Part shown: one piece after another, positions 36,943-36,984 of the stretch
Layout of the letters: every line of letters begins with the position of its first letter
Numbering within the stretch: the first letter of the stretch is position 1
Source: a virus
Taxonomy: Duplodnaviria; Caudoviricetes
Direction: 5' to 3' (one strand)
IMG/VR virus record: IMGVR_UViG_3300026266_000001
Location: 1 to 36,984 of that record
Length of the DNA stretch: 36,984 nucleotides
The notes under the pieces: model-generated
Databases searched by the model: none
What the model was told of the DNA's origin: nothing
What the model saw: the letters and a program-made list of their open reading frames with translations, nothing else
Position numbers and translations under genes: made by a program

Positions 36943-36984
36943 GATATAACTTACCACTCAGCTACTTAAGGTAGCTGGGTGGTA
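36886..36984. repeat. Terminal direct repeat, copy 2
   Basis: Identical to 1-99. Confidence 0.95.

Overview
This window is an apparently complete, circularly assembled AT-rich dsDNA podovirus genome. Bases 1-99 repeat exactly at 36886-36984, giving a unit length of about 36,885 bp. The + strand arm (about 36298 across the junction to 7440) holds early, regulatory and recombination genes: an ArdC-like protein, HTH regulators, replication initiator/loader-like proteins, a YqaJ-like exonuclease, a putative annealase, an alphaproteobacterial-type SSB and a DnaA domain IV-like protein. The - strand arm (35228 to 7067) holds a T7-like morphogenesis module: terS, terL, portal, scaffold, capsid, tail tubes A and B, internal virion proteins, two tail fibres, lysis-type membrane proteins and a metallophosphoesterase. 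I could not recognise a DNA polymerase, RNA polymerase, primase/helicase, integrase or endolysin. This layout resembles HTVC010P-type marine alphaproteobacterial phages (inference). The most striking feature lies between the two arms (about 35600-36490). A roughly 550-bp non-coding spacer carries gapped reverse-complement copies of the RBS, start codon and 5' coding part of both flanking divergent genes. The strand can therefore fold into two back-to-back 400-480 nt imperfect hairpins with promoter-like boxes in paired segments, linked by a 20/21-nt direct repeat that allows alternative pairing. Other notable items are a structured ncRNA candidate at about 2287-2620, a repeated TGTGCGT(T/G) promoter-proximal motif, and DnaA boxes beside the terS promoter and the DnaA-like gene. 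All product calls come from reading motifs and gene order; no database searches or folding computations were run.
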